From Chiloscyllium plagiosum (taxonomy: Eukaryota): DNA of 64,000 nt. The position numbers were made by a program, and so were the translations under genes. Shown here piece by piece: positions 52,240 to 64,000 of this stretch. The notes beneath the pieces are model-generated. The model saw only the letters and a list, made by a program, of their open reading frames with translations. It made no database searches and was not told where the DNA came from. Every line of letters starts with the position of its first letter. Within the stretch, counting starts at the first letter, position 1. The stretch lies in assembly GCF_004010195.1 (NCBI RefSeq), contig NC_057718.1, positions 78,232,935 to 78,296,934 of the forward strand, in the 5' to 3' direction.

Positions 52240-55200
52240 GAACTATATTAAAGGAAAAAGATTAACCAGAGAGAATAGGACGTCTCGAGGATCAAAGAGG
52301 TATATTACTCAGTGGTTAGCACTGCTGTCTAACAGCGCCTGACACCCAGGTTTGATTCCAGCCTGTGGTAATTCTGTGTGGAGTTTGCATTATTCTCCCT
52401 GTGTCTACATGGGTTTTCTTCGGGTATTCTGGCTTCCTCCCACAGTCCAAGGAGTGCAAGCCAGGTGAATTGGTCATGCTCGATGCATTAGTCTGGGTGG
52501 GTTACTCTTGGAGGGTCTGTGTGGACTTGTTGGGCCGAAGGGCCTGTTCCCACACTATAGGGAATCTAATCTTAAAAACTGCAGGAGATGGGTGAGGTCC
52601 TTAATGAATATTTCTCCTCTGTTTAACAAGGAGAAAGATATGAAGACTTTGGGAACTTGGGGAAGTTGGTCATATCTTGGGGGCAGACTATATCACGTAG
52701 GGGGTGGCTAAATCTCCTGATCCTGACCAGATATATTGAAGAACACTAAAAGGCTAGAGCAGAAATGACAAGGACCCTAACTATTTTTGCATCATTGTTA
52801 ACCACAAGTGAAGTCCTGGAAGACTGGAAGGTAGTGAATATTGTGCCCTTAAGAAAAGCTGCAAGGAAAAACCTGGGACCTATAGACCAGTAAGCCTAAC
52901 ATCTGGGACCTATAGACCAGTAAGCCTAACATTCAGGATTCCTGAAGAAGGGCTTATGCCTGAAACGTCGATTCTCCTGTTCCTTGGATGCTGCCTGACC
53001 TGCGCTTTTCCAGCAACACATTTTCAGCTCTGATCTCCAGCATCTGCAGCCCTCACTTTCTCTCAAAGATTGCGAGATAAGATAGATGCATTTGGAAAGA
53101 CAGGATTTGATTTGGAGCAGTCAGCATGGCGTTGTGTGCAGGAGATTGTGCACCTCAAATTTGTTAGAGTTCTTTGAAGTGACCAAGATGGTTGACTAGG
53201 GCAGGGTGGTAGATGTAGTCTATATGGATATCAGTAAGGCCTTTAAGGTTCCACGTGGTATGCTGCTCTGGAAGTGAGATCACATGGAATCCAGGAGGTT
53301 GCTGGCAAATTGCTTCCTACCATCAAACCAAATTTTGTATCCAGAGGGTCATAGTGGAAGGATGCTTGTCGGACTGGAGGCCTGAGACTAGTGGAGTGCC
53401 TCGGGTCAATGCTGGGCCATTGCTGTTTCTCTATATCAGTGATTTTTGAGAATGTACAAGGCATGATTAAGTTTGCAGATGACACTAAAATAGGAGGAAT
53501 CGTGGACAGTGAGGAAGGTTGTCAGAAATTGCAGCAGGACCTTGATCAACTGGAAAAGTGGGTTGAGGTGTCAAATGGAGTTTAATATAGATAAGTGTGA
53601 GGTCTTGCATTTTGGAAGTCAAGTCAAGGTAGGAGTTTCATGGTGAGTGGTGGGGCCATAAGTATAGTGGAACTGAAGACCTTGGAGTTCAGGTGCATAG
53701 TTCTGTGCACTGGAGTTACTGGTAGAGCAATGAAGAAGGCTTTTGGCATATTGGCCGCCTTCATTGAGGTATTTAGGATAGAAGTGGAAAGTTATGTTGG
53801 TGAGGCTGCACTTGGGGTATTGTGTTCAGTTTTGGTCACCTTGCTGTTGGACAGGTGGTATTACTGAACTGGCAAGAGTGCAGAAGAAATTTACAAGGAT
53901 GTTGCCAGGACTCCATGCTCTGAGTTAGAGGGTGGACAAGCTAGGACTTCTTTCTTTAGACACGCCACTGCAGCAGGCCACTGTGCCTGCTTGTTTCAAG
54001 AGGGCCGACATCATCCCTGCGCTGAAGATGGCTCATTCAGCATGTCTGACTATCACCCAGTGACCCTAACTTCGGTGGTCATGAAGTGCTTTGAAAGGCT
54101 GATCATGGCATTAATCAACTCCAGCCTCCCCACTCCTCTTGACCCACTCCAATTTGCCTATCTGACCAGCAGGTCTATGTCAGGTGCCAATCACATGCCC
54201 TTCACTCCTCCCTAGAATATCTTGATACTAAGAACAGCTATGTAAGAACCCTACTCATTGACTACAGTTCAGCCTTCAACACTACAATATGAGACTGTTT
54301 ACTAAACTTAGGGATCTCTGACTAAGCCCCACTCTGCAACTGGATCCTCAGTTTCCTGAAGCCACAATCAGTTTGGGGACAGTATTTCATCCTCACCAAC
54401 ACTCCCCTGCAGCTCCCCCCCCCAGGGGTGTGTACTCAGCCCCCGACTGTACTCACTGTATACCCATGACTGTGTCGCCAAATACCAGACTAATGCTATT
54501 TACAAGTTCGTTGATGAAACCACCATAGTTGGTCAAATCTCAGATGGCGATGAAACAAACTACAGATGGGAAGTGAAGACCTGGAAAAATGGTGCACTGA
54601 GAGAACGACCTAACTCTGAATGCTAGCAAAACTAAAGAACTCATTATTGACTTTGGGTGGGATGTTATTCATGCCCACCTACGTATTAATATCACAGGTG
54701 GAATGAATGGGGAGTGTCAAGTTCCTGTGAGTGGTCATCAACAACAAGCTTTCTGGGACTTTGTGGATGCATTGGTTACAAAGGCCCAACAACATCTCCT
54801 CTTCCTCAGGCAGCTGAGGAAATTTGGCATGACGGCGAATACCCTTGCCAACTTTTATAGGTGTGCCATTGAGAGCATTCTGTCTGGATGTATCGCTACC
54901 TGGTATGGCAACTGTACCATTCAAGATTGGAGATGGTTACAGAGGGTGGTGAACTCATCCCGGGCAATCACAAAAGCCAATCTCCCATCTATAGAATCAA
55001 TCTATCAGGCCTGCTGTCAAGGAAAGGCCCCCAGCATTCTCAAAGATCCATCCCACCCTGGCAATGTTTTCCGACAACCTCTACCATCTGGGAGATGGCA
55101 CAGAAGCCTGAATACACGCGCTGGTTGGTTTCGTAACAGTTTCTACTCTATTGTTGTTAGAATACTGAATGGATTGTCAAACTCTTAACATTCCCTGTAC

Positions 55201-55695
55201 CTGTTTTTGCCACTGTTTCCCTATTATTTACTATCTATACTACTAAGTCTCGCGAGCAATACAGGCAGATCATAAAGCTTTTCACCATGCCTGGGTACAC
55301 ATGACAATAACATTCAATTCAATGGAGTGTAGGAGACTGAGGGAGAAACCTTATGGAAATGTGTAAGATCATGAGGCATGGAGAGGGTGACTGCACTCAG
55401 TTTTTTTTTCCCATGACTGAGGAATCGAGGACTAGAGTGCATCAGTTTAAGGGTAGTGGGGAAAGAATGAAATGGAACCTGAGGCACAACTTTTTAGAGG
55501 GTAGCGCACATCTGGAATGAGCTGTGGTGGAAGTTGAGTTTAAATGGCATTTGGATAAATATGTGGATAGGAAAGGTTTAGAAGGGCGGGGCCCAAATTG
55601 CAGGGAAATGGGGTTAGTGTGGATGGATGTTTTGGTGGGCACAGACTACTTTTGGCCAATGGGCCTGTCTCCCTGCTGTAGGACTCTGACTCTCT
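52240..55695 (+). mobile_element. CR1 fragment hosting nested SINE (52308-52572), Penelope end (52932-53064) and Rex1-type LINE (53961-55320)
   Basis: KFADDTKIGGIVDSEEGCQKLQQDLD; the CR1 sequence resumes after each insert. Confidence 0.82.
53961..55320 (+). mobile_element. Rex1/Babar-type LINE 3' portion (RT and C-terminus)
   Basis: DYHPVTLTSVVMKCFERL..LDPLQFAY; KAQQHLLFLRQLRKFG..FYRCAIESILSGCIATWYGN..DPSHP..LPSGR; (attca)n tail. Confidence 0.82.
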
Positions 55696-55849
55696 TTGTA
55701 AAGACAAAAAGTAGTGCATATCATACAGTAAAAGCTGGTGGCATTCTGGAGGATTGGGGGGGGGACTCTAAACCTCAGTGAAAGGTTGTTAAAAACAAAT
55801 CAAAAGAGCTAAGATGAATGGAAGCCAGCAGAAAACATAAGCACTGATA

Positions 55850-57510
55850 TCATTGGCTTAAATATATAAAAATGAAGAAAATTGTGAAAATAAATGTCAG
55901 TCCTTTAGAGGATGACAGTGGTGAGGTAATAATGGGAAACTCAAATCAGAGGCACCAAACCAATATTTTCTCTCTGCGTCACAGTAGAAGATAATCTCTT
56001 CCCAAAAACTGCAGTTACTACAGAGGATCTTGGTGAAATTACTGTAACTAAGGAGAAGGTACTAAGTAAACTTGCAGGATTAAAGGCAGGTAAGTCACTG
56101 GGGCTTGATGGCCTGCATCCTCGAGTATTAAACATGGTGGCAGCAGAGACAATAGATGCATTAGTTAGATATTTCAGAATTCACTGGATTCTCAAAAAGG
56201 TGTCCATGGATGGAAAGGTGCTGACGTGACACCCCTGTTCCAGAGAGGAGATAAGCAAAAGTAGAAAACTACAGAGGTCAAACTGTTTTATGCTGGGGAA
56301 GTTGCTGCAGTCTGGAGGAGATAACTAAACACTTGGAACAACAAAGCACATTTCACCAGTGTCAGCATGATTTCACGAGGGCAAGTTGTGCTTGGCAAAC
56401 GTGCTGGATGTTTTGAGGATGTAACCAGTCATGTGGATAATAGGGATCCAGTGGATGTATTATCTAGACTTCCAAGAGGCATTTGATAAGGTGCTGCATA
56501 GTAGTCTGATCCAGAAGGTTAGATCTCAGGGGGTTAAGGATAGCATATTGGCTTGGATAGGGGATTGCCTGACTAACAGCATATAGTTGGGGCAGATGGG
56601 TCCTCGCTTGGATGGCAACCTATAACTAGTGGGTGCTGCAGCATTCAGTTGTCGCTCCTCAACTATTGCTATCTATATAAATGATTTACAAACAGGAACG
56701 GAGTGTAACATAGCAAAATTTGCTGTTGATACAAAATAAGTGGGGAAGTCGGATGTGATAGAGAATTTGCAGATATTAATAGCTTGGGAAAATGGACCAG
56801 AAACTGACAGATGAATTTAATGTGGATAAGTGTGAGGCTGTCTATTTTGTCCAGAAAAAAAGCTTAGCAAATTGTTATTTAAATGGGAAGCAGATTCTAA
56901 GTGTCAGTGCAGAGGGATCTGGGTGTCTTTGTGCATGAATTGCAGAAAGTGGGTTTGCAGATACAGCATGTAATAAAAGTGAATGGAATCCTGGCAATTA
57001 TTGCAAAAGGACTGGAATATTAAGGTAAAAAAGTGATGTTACAATTAGATAATACTTTGAGACCATACCTAGAGTATTATCAAGTTTTGGTCTCCTTACT
57101 TAAGGATGTGGTGGCATTGGAGGCAGTTCCGAGGAGGTTCACCAGTTGCTTCCAAGAATGAAAGGGCTGTTGTACAAGGATTGTTGAATAGCTTGGGCTT
57201 ATACTCACTGGAGTTCAGTAAAATGATGGAGGATCTGATTGAGGTATGTGAAATACCAAAGGAGATTGATAAGATTCCTCTTGTGGGACAGTCTCAAATA
57301 AGAAGTCCTAGATAGATTGAGAGAAGGTAGGTTGGTTTAAAACTGAAAGGAAAAAAAACTACTTGAGGGTTGTGAATCTGTGGAAATCTCTGCCTCTCAA
57401 TGCAATGGAGGCAGTCTGTCAACAAATCCAAGGAAGAAATGGAGGTTCCTTAAAGTGAGAGAGAGAAAGAGCTCTGGGGAAAAAACAGGAATGTGGATTG
57501 AGGTTCTTTA
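55850..57510 (+). mobile_element. Older CR1 ORF2/3' fragment
   Basis: KSLGLDGLHPRVLN-like segment, YLDFQEAFDKVLH, IAKFA.DTK, LGLYSLEF. Confidence 0.75.
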
Positions 57511-58424
57511 ATATGAAGTTGAGACTTTGTCTCTGAAAGGACTGTAGTAGTTGCTTTGATCAATACTGTGTGGACAGATGCATCTGTGGAAGGTACATTG
57601 AGACCTGCTTGGCTCCCTTCCCACCCTTTGCGACTTATTCTACTAGTTATGTCCTCTTGGGATTCTGCCAACTCTGTCATATCGATAACTAGTCACTCTT
57701 GATGGTGAACATTTGAAATCTCCCACCCAAATTGTGCAAAGCCCTTTCCACCTTTTGGGCTTTTTGAAGTCATGTTCAACTTTTACTAATTCCTCACTGA
57801 GGGCAGTGGGTGTGTCGTAATCAGGAGGAACTTGCCTGTTTTGATTTAATAGCAATACACACAGGATAACTCCTTTCTGTTTATATTGCACTGTGCCGTC
57901 TTAAGTGGGTTGTCCTATCAATGGGGTAGATATTGATGGTGATTTATAAGACAGTCATATTTACCAGCATCTCCAAATCATTACAGAATCATACCTTTAC
58001 AGACTAGCCAAGCAATAGCCTGTCAGTGCAGGACAGCTTTTTCTATTTTTGAAACAAACCCCAGATATTGTAGCGAATTCTTTGCAGTGTCTTCAATATT
58101 GTGCTTGAAGGTGTACTTTCTGGTGCTTAGGTTTAATGCCAGGTGCTGCGTCCAGTTTTATTCCTTTGTTCTGATTTTGTAGCTATTTGATCAAACTGAG
58201 TGGTTTGCTCATTCCTTTTCAGAGGACAGTTGAAAATCTGGAGTTGCAGGTGCCGAGTAAGGGTGACAGATTTCTTTTCCAAAGGACATCAGTAAACAAG
58301 ATGGCTTTTATGAAGTTTGTTACATAGTCACATTTTGCTAGCTATGAATTTTCCCCATCTGACGGTGGAATTTTTAAGCCAGTGTTCCCATACATTAGTT
58401 TAAGAGTTCTGGATTATTAGTCCA

Positions 58425-58855
58425 GTGATACTTGTTTGTAGGTCAAATTTTGAAGCCTGATTTTTTTTTAAAATCTGAAATTAGAGATCGACTTCTCCAT
58501 GAGGTATTGTTTGAGGGATGAATATTTATCGACAAAATAGATAAAATGGGAAATTTACCTTCCCAGCAGCCGCCTGGTTCGGGAAGGTTCTCTAGTGTTT
58601 GGGCAGCGGTAACTGAAACAGACTCCGCGGATATGGCAGTTGCCCCGTACTGTTGTATTATTACAGTAACTCAGAAAACCTGGAGTGGAGTGAGACAGCT
58701 GGCAGGCTGGAAAGTCAGTGGAGCGCAGCGGGCAGGCATGTAAAGGTTGCTTGTAACTGAAGAACTAGGATGGACTTTTCCATGAGCTATATGAAAAATA
58801 CAAGATTTTTGGGCCAAAATAAGGGGTTGACTTATACATTGACCTATATACAGTA
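58425..58855. mobile_element. Possible decayed Tc2/pogo-like non-autonomous DNA transposon just upstream of exon 7
   Basis: End ggggttgacttatacattgacctatatacagta resembles Tc2-type termini; left end degenerate. Confidence 0.35.
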
Positions 58856-58907
58856 TTTTCACTCTGCTCTGTGCACTTTTTAACATATCCTTCAATTTGT
58901 GTTTCAG

Positions 58908-59022
58908 ATTAAAACTTCACTATGCGAAAGAATATAAGGAGAGTGAAAAGCCACCAGCGTTTTGTGGCAATCATAAACCTGCTGTCACCATTACTTTAAT
59001 CTGTCCTTCTGGAAGGAGAGAG
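58908..59022 (+). CDS. IGF2R: IGF2R exon 7 (R-LKLHYAKEYKESEKPPAFCGNHKPAVTITLICPSGRRE)
   Basis: Acceptor ttgtgtttcag|; donor GAG|gtttgt; resembles human [21 protein letters not shown]; lies inside ORF 58897..59151. Confidence 0.95.
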
Positions 59023-59248
59023 GTTTGTAAACAGGCTGAAAATGTACTGAAGTGGAAAACTGACAGTTTGAGTGGAATGGGTCTGGGTGGGTTACTCTTC
59101 GGAGGATCAATGTGGACTTGTTGGGACAAAGGGCCTGTTTCCACACTGTAGGGAATCTCTTCAGTTAAATCTCCTCAGTTGCAAGAGTTTTTAAGCCATA
59201 GATATTTAATAATTGCTGTTTTTATTATAGCAATTTGATACCTGTTTA

Positions 59249-59552
59249 TGGGCAGTACAGTGATTAGCACTGCTGCCTCACCGTGCCAGAGACATGGGTT
59301 CAATTCCCGCCTCGGGCAACTGTGTGGAGTTTGTACATTCTCCCAGTGTCTGTGTGGGTTTCCTCCAGGTGCTCCGGTTTCCTCCCACGGTCCAAAAATG
59401 TGCAGCTTGGGTGAATTGGCCATGCTAAATTGCCCATAGTGTTAGGTGCATTAGTCAGAGGGAAATGGGTCTGGGTGGGTTACTCTTCGGAGGATCAATG
59501 TGGACTTGTTGGGACAAAGGGCCTGTTTCCACACTGTAGGGAATCTAATAAT
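59249..59552 (+). mobile_element. HE1/V-SINE; extra tail-only copies at 59076-59158 and ~59695-59817
   Basis: Full head, core and tail. Confidence 0.88.
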
Positions 59553-60184
59553 AAAAGTGTTTAGTTATCTCCTCCAGCAACGTACCCAGTATAAAACAGT
59601 TTGAACTCTGTAGTTTTTTACTTTTTGCTTATCTCCTTTCTGGAATAGGGGTGTCACATTAGCACCTTTCCATCCATGGACACCTTTTTACCTCTTGTTA
59701 GGTGAAGGGGTAAATGTATGGGAATGGGTCTGGGTGGGTTGCTCTTCAGAGGCTCGGCGTGGACTTGTTGGGCTGAAAGGCCTGTTTCCACACTGTAAAT
59801 CATGTAATCTAATCTAATTCTGCTCCTTAGAACATCTTTTTAAAAAATTTCATCAATACATATCTCCATCATTGTTTAGTGGCCTTACCTTTGAGAGCTT
59901 TGGAATTAGTGTTGACCAGGTAGTATTGTAATAAGATTTGAGTACGGTAGGAGTCCCAGAAGTTAACCATTTGTCCTTTCGAGCCTGCTGTTGCCATTCA
60001 ATGTGATCATGAATGATCTTCTACGCCATTCTGCTTTGTCAGTTCGCCAAATTCTTTAACTGTCTGAGACTCAAAATCTGTTGGAGCATTGAATACTTTG
60101 AGCCTCATTGGGGAGAAGTTTCCAAAGATGTACTTAGCTTTTGAAGAAATTTTTCCTCCGTTCGGTCTGAATTGTTCAAGACTT

Positions 60185-60492
60185 AAGATTAGATTCCCTA
60201 CAGTGTGGAAACAGGCCCTTTGGCCCAACATGTCCACACCGGCCCTCCGAAGAGTAACCCACCCAGACCCATTTCCCTCTGATTAATGCACCTAACACTA
60301 TGGACAATTTAGCATGGCTAATCCACCTAAACTGCACATCTTTGGACTGTGGGAGGAAACTGGAGCACCTGGAGGAAACGCACGCAGACACTGAGGGAAT
60401 GTGCAAACTCCACACAGACAGTTGCCTCAGTCTGGAATTGAACCCAGGTCCCTGACGCTGTGAGGCAGCAGTGCTAGCCACAGTGCCACCCC
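60185..60492 (-). mobile_element. HE1/V-SINE
   Basis: Full-length antisense copy. Confidence 0.88.
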
Positions 60493-61829
60493 TTAGCCTG
60501 AAGTTATCTGTATTCTAAATTCCCCAAACAAAGGACCTTTCGGCATTCGCCTTGTTGATTTTCCTTCAGAATTTTGTTTATTTCAACAAAATCACCTCCC
60601 ATTTGTCATTCTTCTAAATTCCAGGAAGGGAAGACTTAATTTACTGAGCCTGTCATTAGGGGCTAAACCCATCCATTTCAGGCAATGTCTCATGAAGCTG
60701 CTCTATGCTGCTTCAAAGCAAGCGTGTTCTTCCTTACAACCGTACACAATTTTTCTCTCTATAGAAGTGCAGTCTTAAAGTGCTATACAGCTATGAGCGA
60801 GAGTTCCTTATGCTTGTACTCCAGTGCCCTTTCTTTAAAAGACCATGTGCCATTTGACCAACTAAATCATTGCTGTGTTTCTTGTAAGGGGGCACAATTT
60901 TTCAACATCAACATTTGAAGGGTTTAAGTCTTTGAAATATTTTGTTACTGTCCTCAATGAGAATCTCTTAAATTCACATGATACCTGCCTTATTGCTCAT
61001 TTTCTGACGCTACCTTTATTTTTGCAGCCTCTGTGGTCTTACAATTTACATTCCCATCAGCTTTCTTTACTTCTGTTACTACGTTATATTGTATCAAAGT
61101 TTCTTTAGAAGCTGAGATTTCCTGTCGTTTCATCCCCTAAAATTTAAATTTGTTTACACTTTATTTGTATTTTCTGTTTCTCTGGAACATGACTTCTGTT
61201 TAGTTAAATAAGTTATTCTTAAAATTGAAAAAGGACAGACTTTATGCATGTAACATGCAATTCTGGTATTAATAATTTGCAATTTGAATTCTAGATTATT
61301 CATTCAAAAGCACGACACTGCATTTAGCTGTGACAGTGTGGCTGAGAAAGAAGAACATTTGCTTAAATTGCTAATGTCATTTTAATGCTTGCCAAAAAAT
61401 GAAGTTTCTGTTCTTAATTTAAGGATGGAAGTTGCGATACAGTGTAGCCTTGATCTCCCAGCAATTTTTTACTATCTCCTCAAAGTCCCTTTCTTGGCAA
61501 GCATAAGGACAGCTTAACATATTGCTATGGATTCCATGCAATGTTTTGTTCAATTTCTTGACTTTTAGATCTTGGAATCCTCGATGTTCATTACTAAGTT
61601 TTGCCATATTTCTGAATTTGAGAAAATAAGATTCGTAATCCATTACATTGAACTAGGTAAATAGGCATGTTTAATTTTATTTTGGAACCAGCGTAAGTTG
61701 GTTTGCAGTTACTGTACATGAAACAATTTTCACAAATTCAGCGATTTCAGGCATTGCGAAACTTTTAGAATTTGCATTTTTGATTTTATGATCTTGACTT
61801 ACTGATGCAAATATGTTTGTTTTTAATAG

Positions 61830-61989
61830 GGTACAGATCCCAAGTTAATAGCTAGTACTAACTGTCGCTTTGAAGTTGAATGGGTCACTGAATATGCCTG
61901 CCCCAGAGATTACTTAGAAAGTCATAACTGCAAGCTTGTAAGTGACCAGCATGACCTCTCCATTGATCTGACTCCCCTCACATTGCCTG
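61830..61989 (+). CDS. IGF2R: IGF2R exon 8 ([54 protein letters not shown]); gene continues past the window
   Basis: Acceptor gtttttaatag|; donor G|gtaagt; resembles human [31 protein letters not shown]..CSL...DVSIDLTPL. Confidence 0.97.
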
Positions 61990-62104
61990 GTAAGTATACT
62001 GTTACAAAATAATAAATGCATAATCACACCTGCAATAACTTAGATAACTACAGGCGTCTCGAGTAGTTAAATAAATGGTACAAATGCAGATTAAATTTTC
62101 TCCT

Positions 62105-62439
62105 AGAATCCCAGTGTGGAAACTGGCCCTTTGGCCCCACAAGTCCACACCTACCCTTAGAGTAACCCACCCAGACCCATTTCTCTGCCCTTTTTTATCC
62201 TATATTTACCCCTGACTAACATACCTAACCTACACATTCCTGAGCACTTTGGGCAATTTAGTGTGGCCAATTCACCTAACCTGCACATCTTTGTGGATTG
62301 TGGGAGAAAACCAGAGCACCTGAAGGAAGCCCACGCAGACATTGAGAATGTGCAAACTCCACAGTTGCACAAGGCTGGAATTCAACACACATCCCTGGCA
62401 CTGAGGCAACAGTGCTAACCACTAAGTTGCCGTGTCATC
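62105..62439 (-). mobile_element. HE1/V-SINE
   Basis: Antisense copy starting ~115 nt after the exon 8 donor. Confidence 0.85.
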
Positions 62440-64000
62440 CTAATTCTCTTGGTTTTAGTATCAATTTTCACATTTTAAAGAGCCCATATTTCACTGAAGT
62501 CTTTGTATACATTTTTTTCTATAATTACCCAAGATTGTAGCTTGATTTTCTCTTCTTGCTTTCAACCCCAAAGTTTTATCTGATTTGTAGATACATTTTA
62601 AAAAAAAAAACATTTTCAGGAATAGTACCAATTTAAATGAGATTAACAAATCTGCATGAGGCTAGCGAAGGGAATACATTCCCTGTTGATGTGGTTGTCA
62701 CCTTTCCGTGCTTTTAAGGAAGTGTCCATGATTTATGTACATCTTAAGTGAGTGCTGTGATATTAGATGGGCTGTTGATAAAGGAAAGGTAAAATCACCA
62801 TAGTCCCAGGGTAGCTCAGTCATTAAAGAGAGGGGACTGGTGGTAGATTTTAATGACTTGGGCAAGAGTTGAGACGCCAGTACAGGAAATGAACTTGTGC
62901 TGTTGGCATTACTCTCTCATCCAGCAAACTGTGTATACCAGCCCCTTCAAGCTGCTTGTTGATATCTCCATATGCAGATGCTGAAAGAGTAGAATCTGTT
63001 AGGTTTCTTTTCAGAAATTAGATTGGGAGCTCTCCTGGCCTACAATGCACTTCCTTGTGAAAGCTTAGGGAAGCTCCATTTTTGTCTAACTTACTGAAAT
63101 GTCTGTCATTAAGGTAAATTTTCAGTGTACTTCTAAATTGAAACTAGAATGAAGTGACTTTAAAAACTAAATACAAATTGAAAGATCTAGGGACGGTCTG
63201 CATTCTGAGTTCAGTACTTAGGAAAAGTTTTTTTGTGGGATACCTGTTAGCATGACAGGAAAAGGATGCATTTGAGCTGAGTGGGACCATATCTTAATGG
63301 AAAAAGTATATCATGAGGTGACAAAGGCTTTAATAAACCCCTTGAAGGGGTTTGCAGGGGACACCGTGAAACAAGAGGAGAGACCATTGACCATATTAAA
63401 CTAAGGAAGGCTACAAATTAATACTTGTAGAAAACAGAAGCACAAAACATTGGATACAAATAAGGTGAGGAGCAGCTGTTTTAAGAACTGGATTAGATTC
63501 TGTTCAGAGATGTCTCATGTCTCCAAGAAAATAGGTGGACTGGTGAGTAATATCTTGAGAAACCAGGCAATGTCGGGATTGCGGAGGCATGACTCTGGGG
63601 AAAAATCATTTAAGAATTCAATGTTAGACTCTAATCTATTTAGAAAGAGAGAAGATAAAGCAGTTGCATTTAGAGACAGCAAATTAGAAAACGGTAAACA
63701 GTAAAAATAGAATGCAAAAGGACAGGCTTAATAGATTTATTAACAAGTCAGTTGGTTCAACTAGGATTAGTCTGCAAAACACCTAATAAGAAAAGTGGGA
63801 TGAAAAAAAGTGAACAACTGGGGAGATGAATCAAAGCATTGAACAATCATGTGGAGCATGTTCCTGCCTCAGCAAGGAAACTGGGTTCAAGTCCCAAACT
63901 TTAGTTACCTGGAATGATTAACCAAAAGTTGGGGAAAGGAGAGAAGGGAATGATGTTGCCGCAATCTTTGCAGGGCTCTTGCATATTGGGTTTAGTAAGC

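Noticed and set aside
54703..55188. 161-aa ORF as a novel gene
   Set aside because: C-terminal part of a Rex1/Babar LINE ORF

Overview
Vertebrate genomic DNA, almost certainly from a shark or other cartilaginous fish (inferred from HE1/V-SINE-type SINEs, HER1/CR1-type LINEs and shark-type Penelope ends). The window holds the promoter/CpG island and coding exons 1-8 of IGF2R (cation-independent mannose-6-phosphate receptor) on the + strand. The ORF track does not resolve the gene (only exon 7 appears in frame, inside ORF 58897..59151). I assembled the exons by hand: 2196-2317, 23490-23620, 35502-35626, 41679-41777, 44635-44764, 49231-49348, 58908-59022 and 61830-61989. They total 1000 nt, have GT-AG junctions with matching phases, and encode a signal peptide, MRH domains 1-2 and the start of domain 3. 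The gene continues beyond the window. Introns are full of decayed CR1, Rex1/Babar, Penelope-like and SINE copies. Most notable: (i) the proximal promoter is an eight-unit, ~40-bp-period tandem array in which each unit carries a CLEAR/M-box-type E-box site (5 intact, 3 degenerate); (ii) many short Penelope-derived insertions carry minimal hammerhead-ribozyme motifs, including a 57-bp, almost ribozyme-only insert inside a perfect 68-bp duplication and a ~190-bp spacerless palindrome; (iii) local duplications and inverted repeats bracket exons 7-8. Repeat boundaries are approximate and family names come from motif recognition, not database searches.
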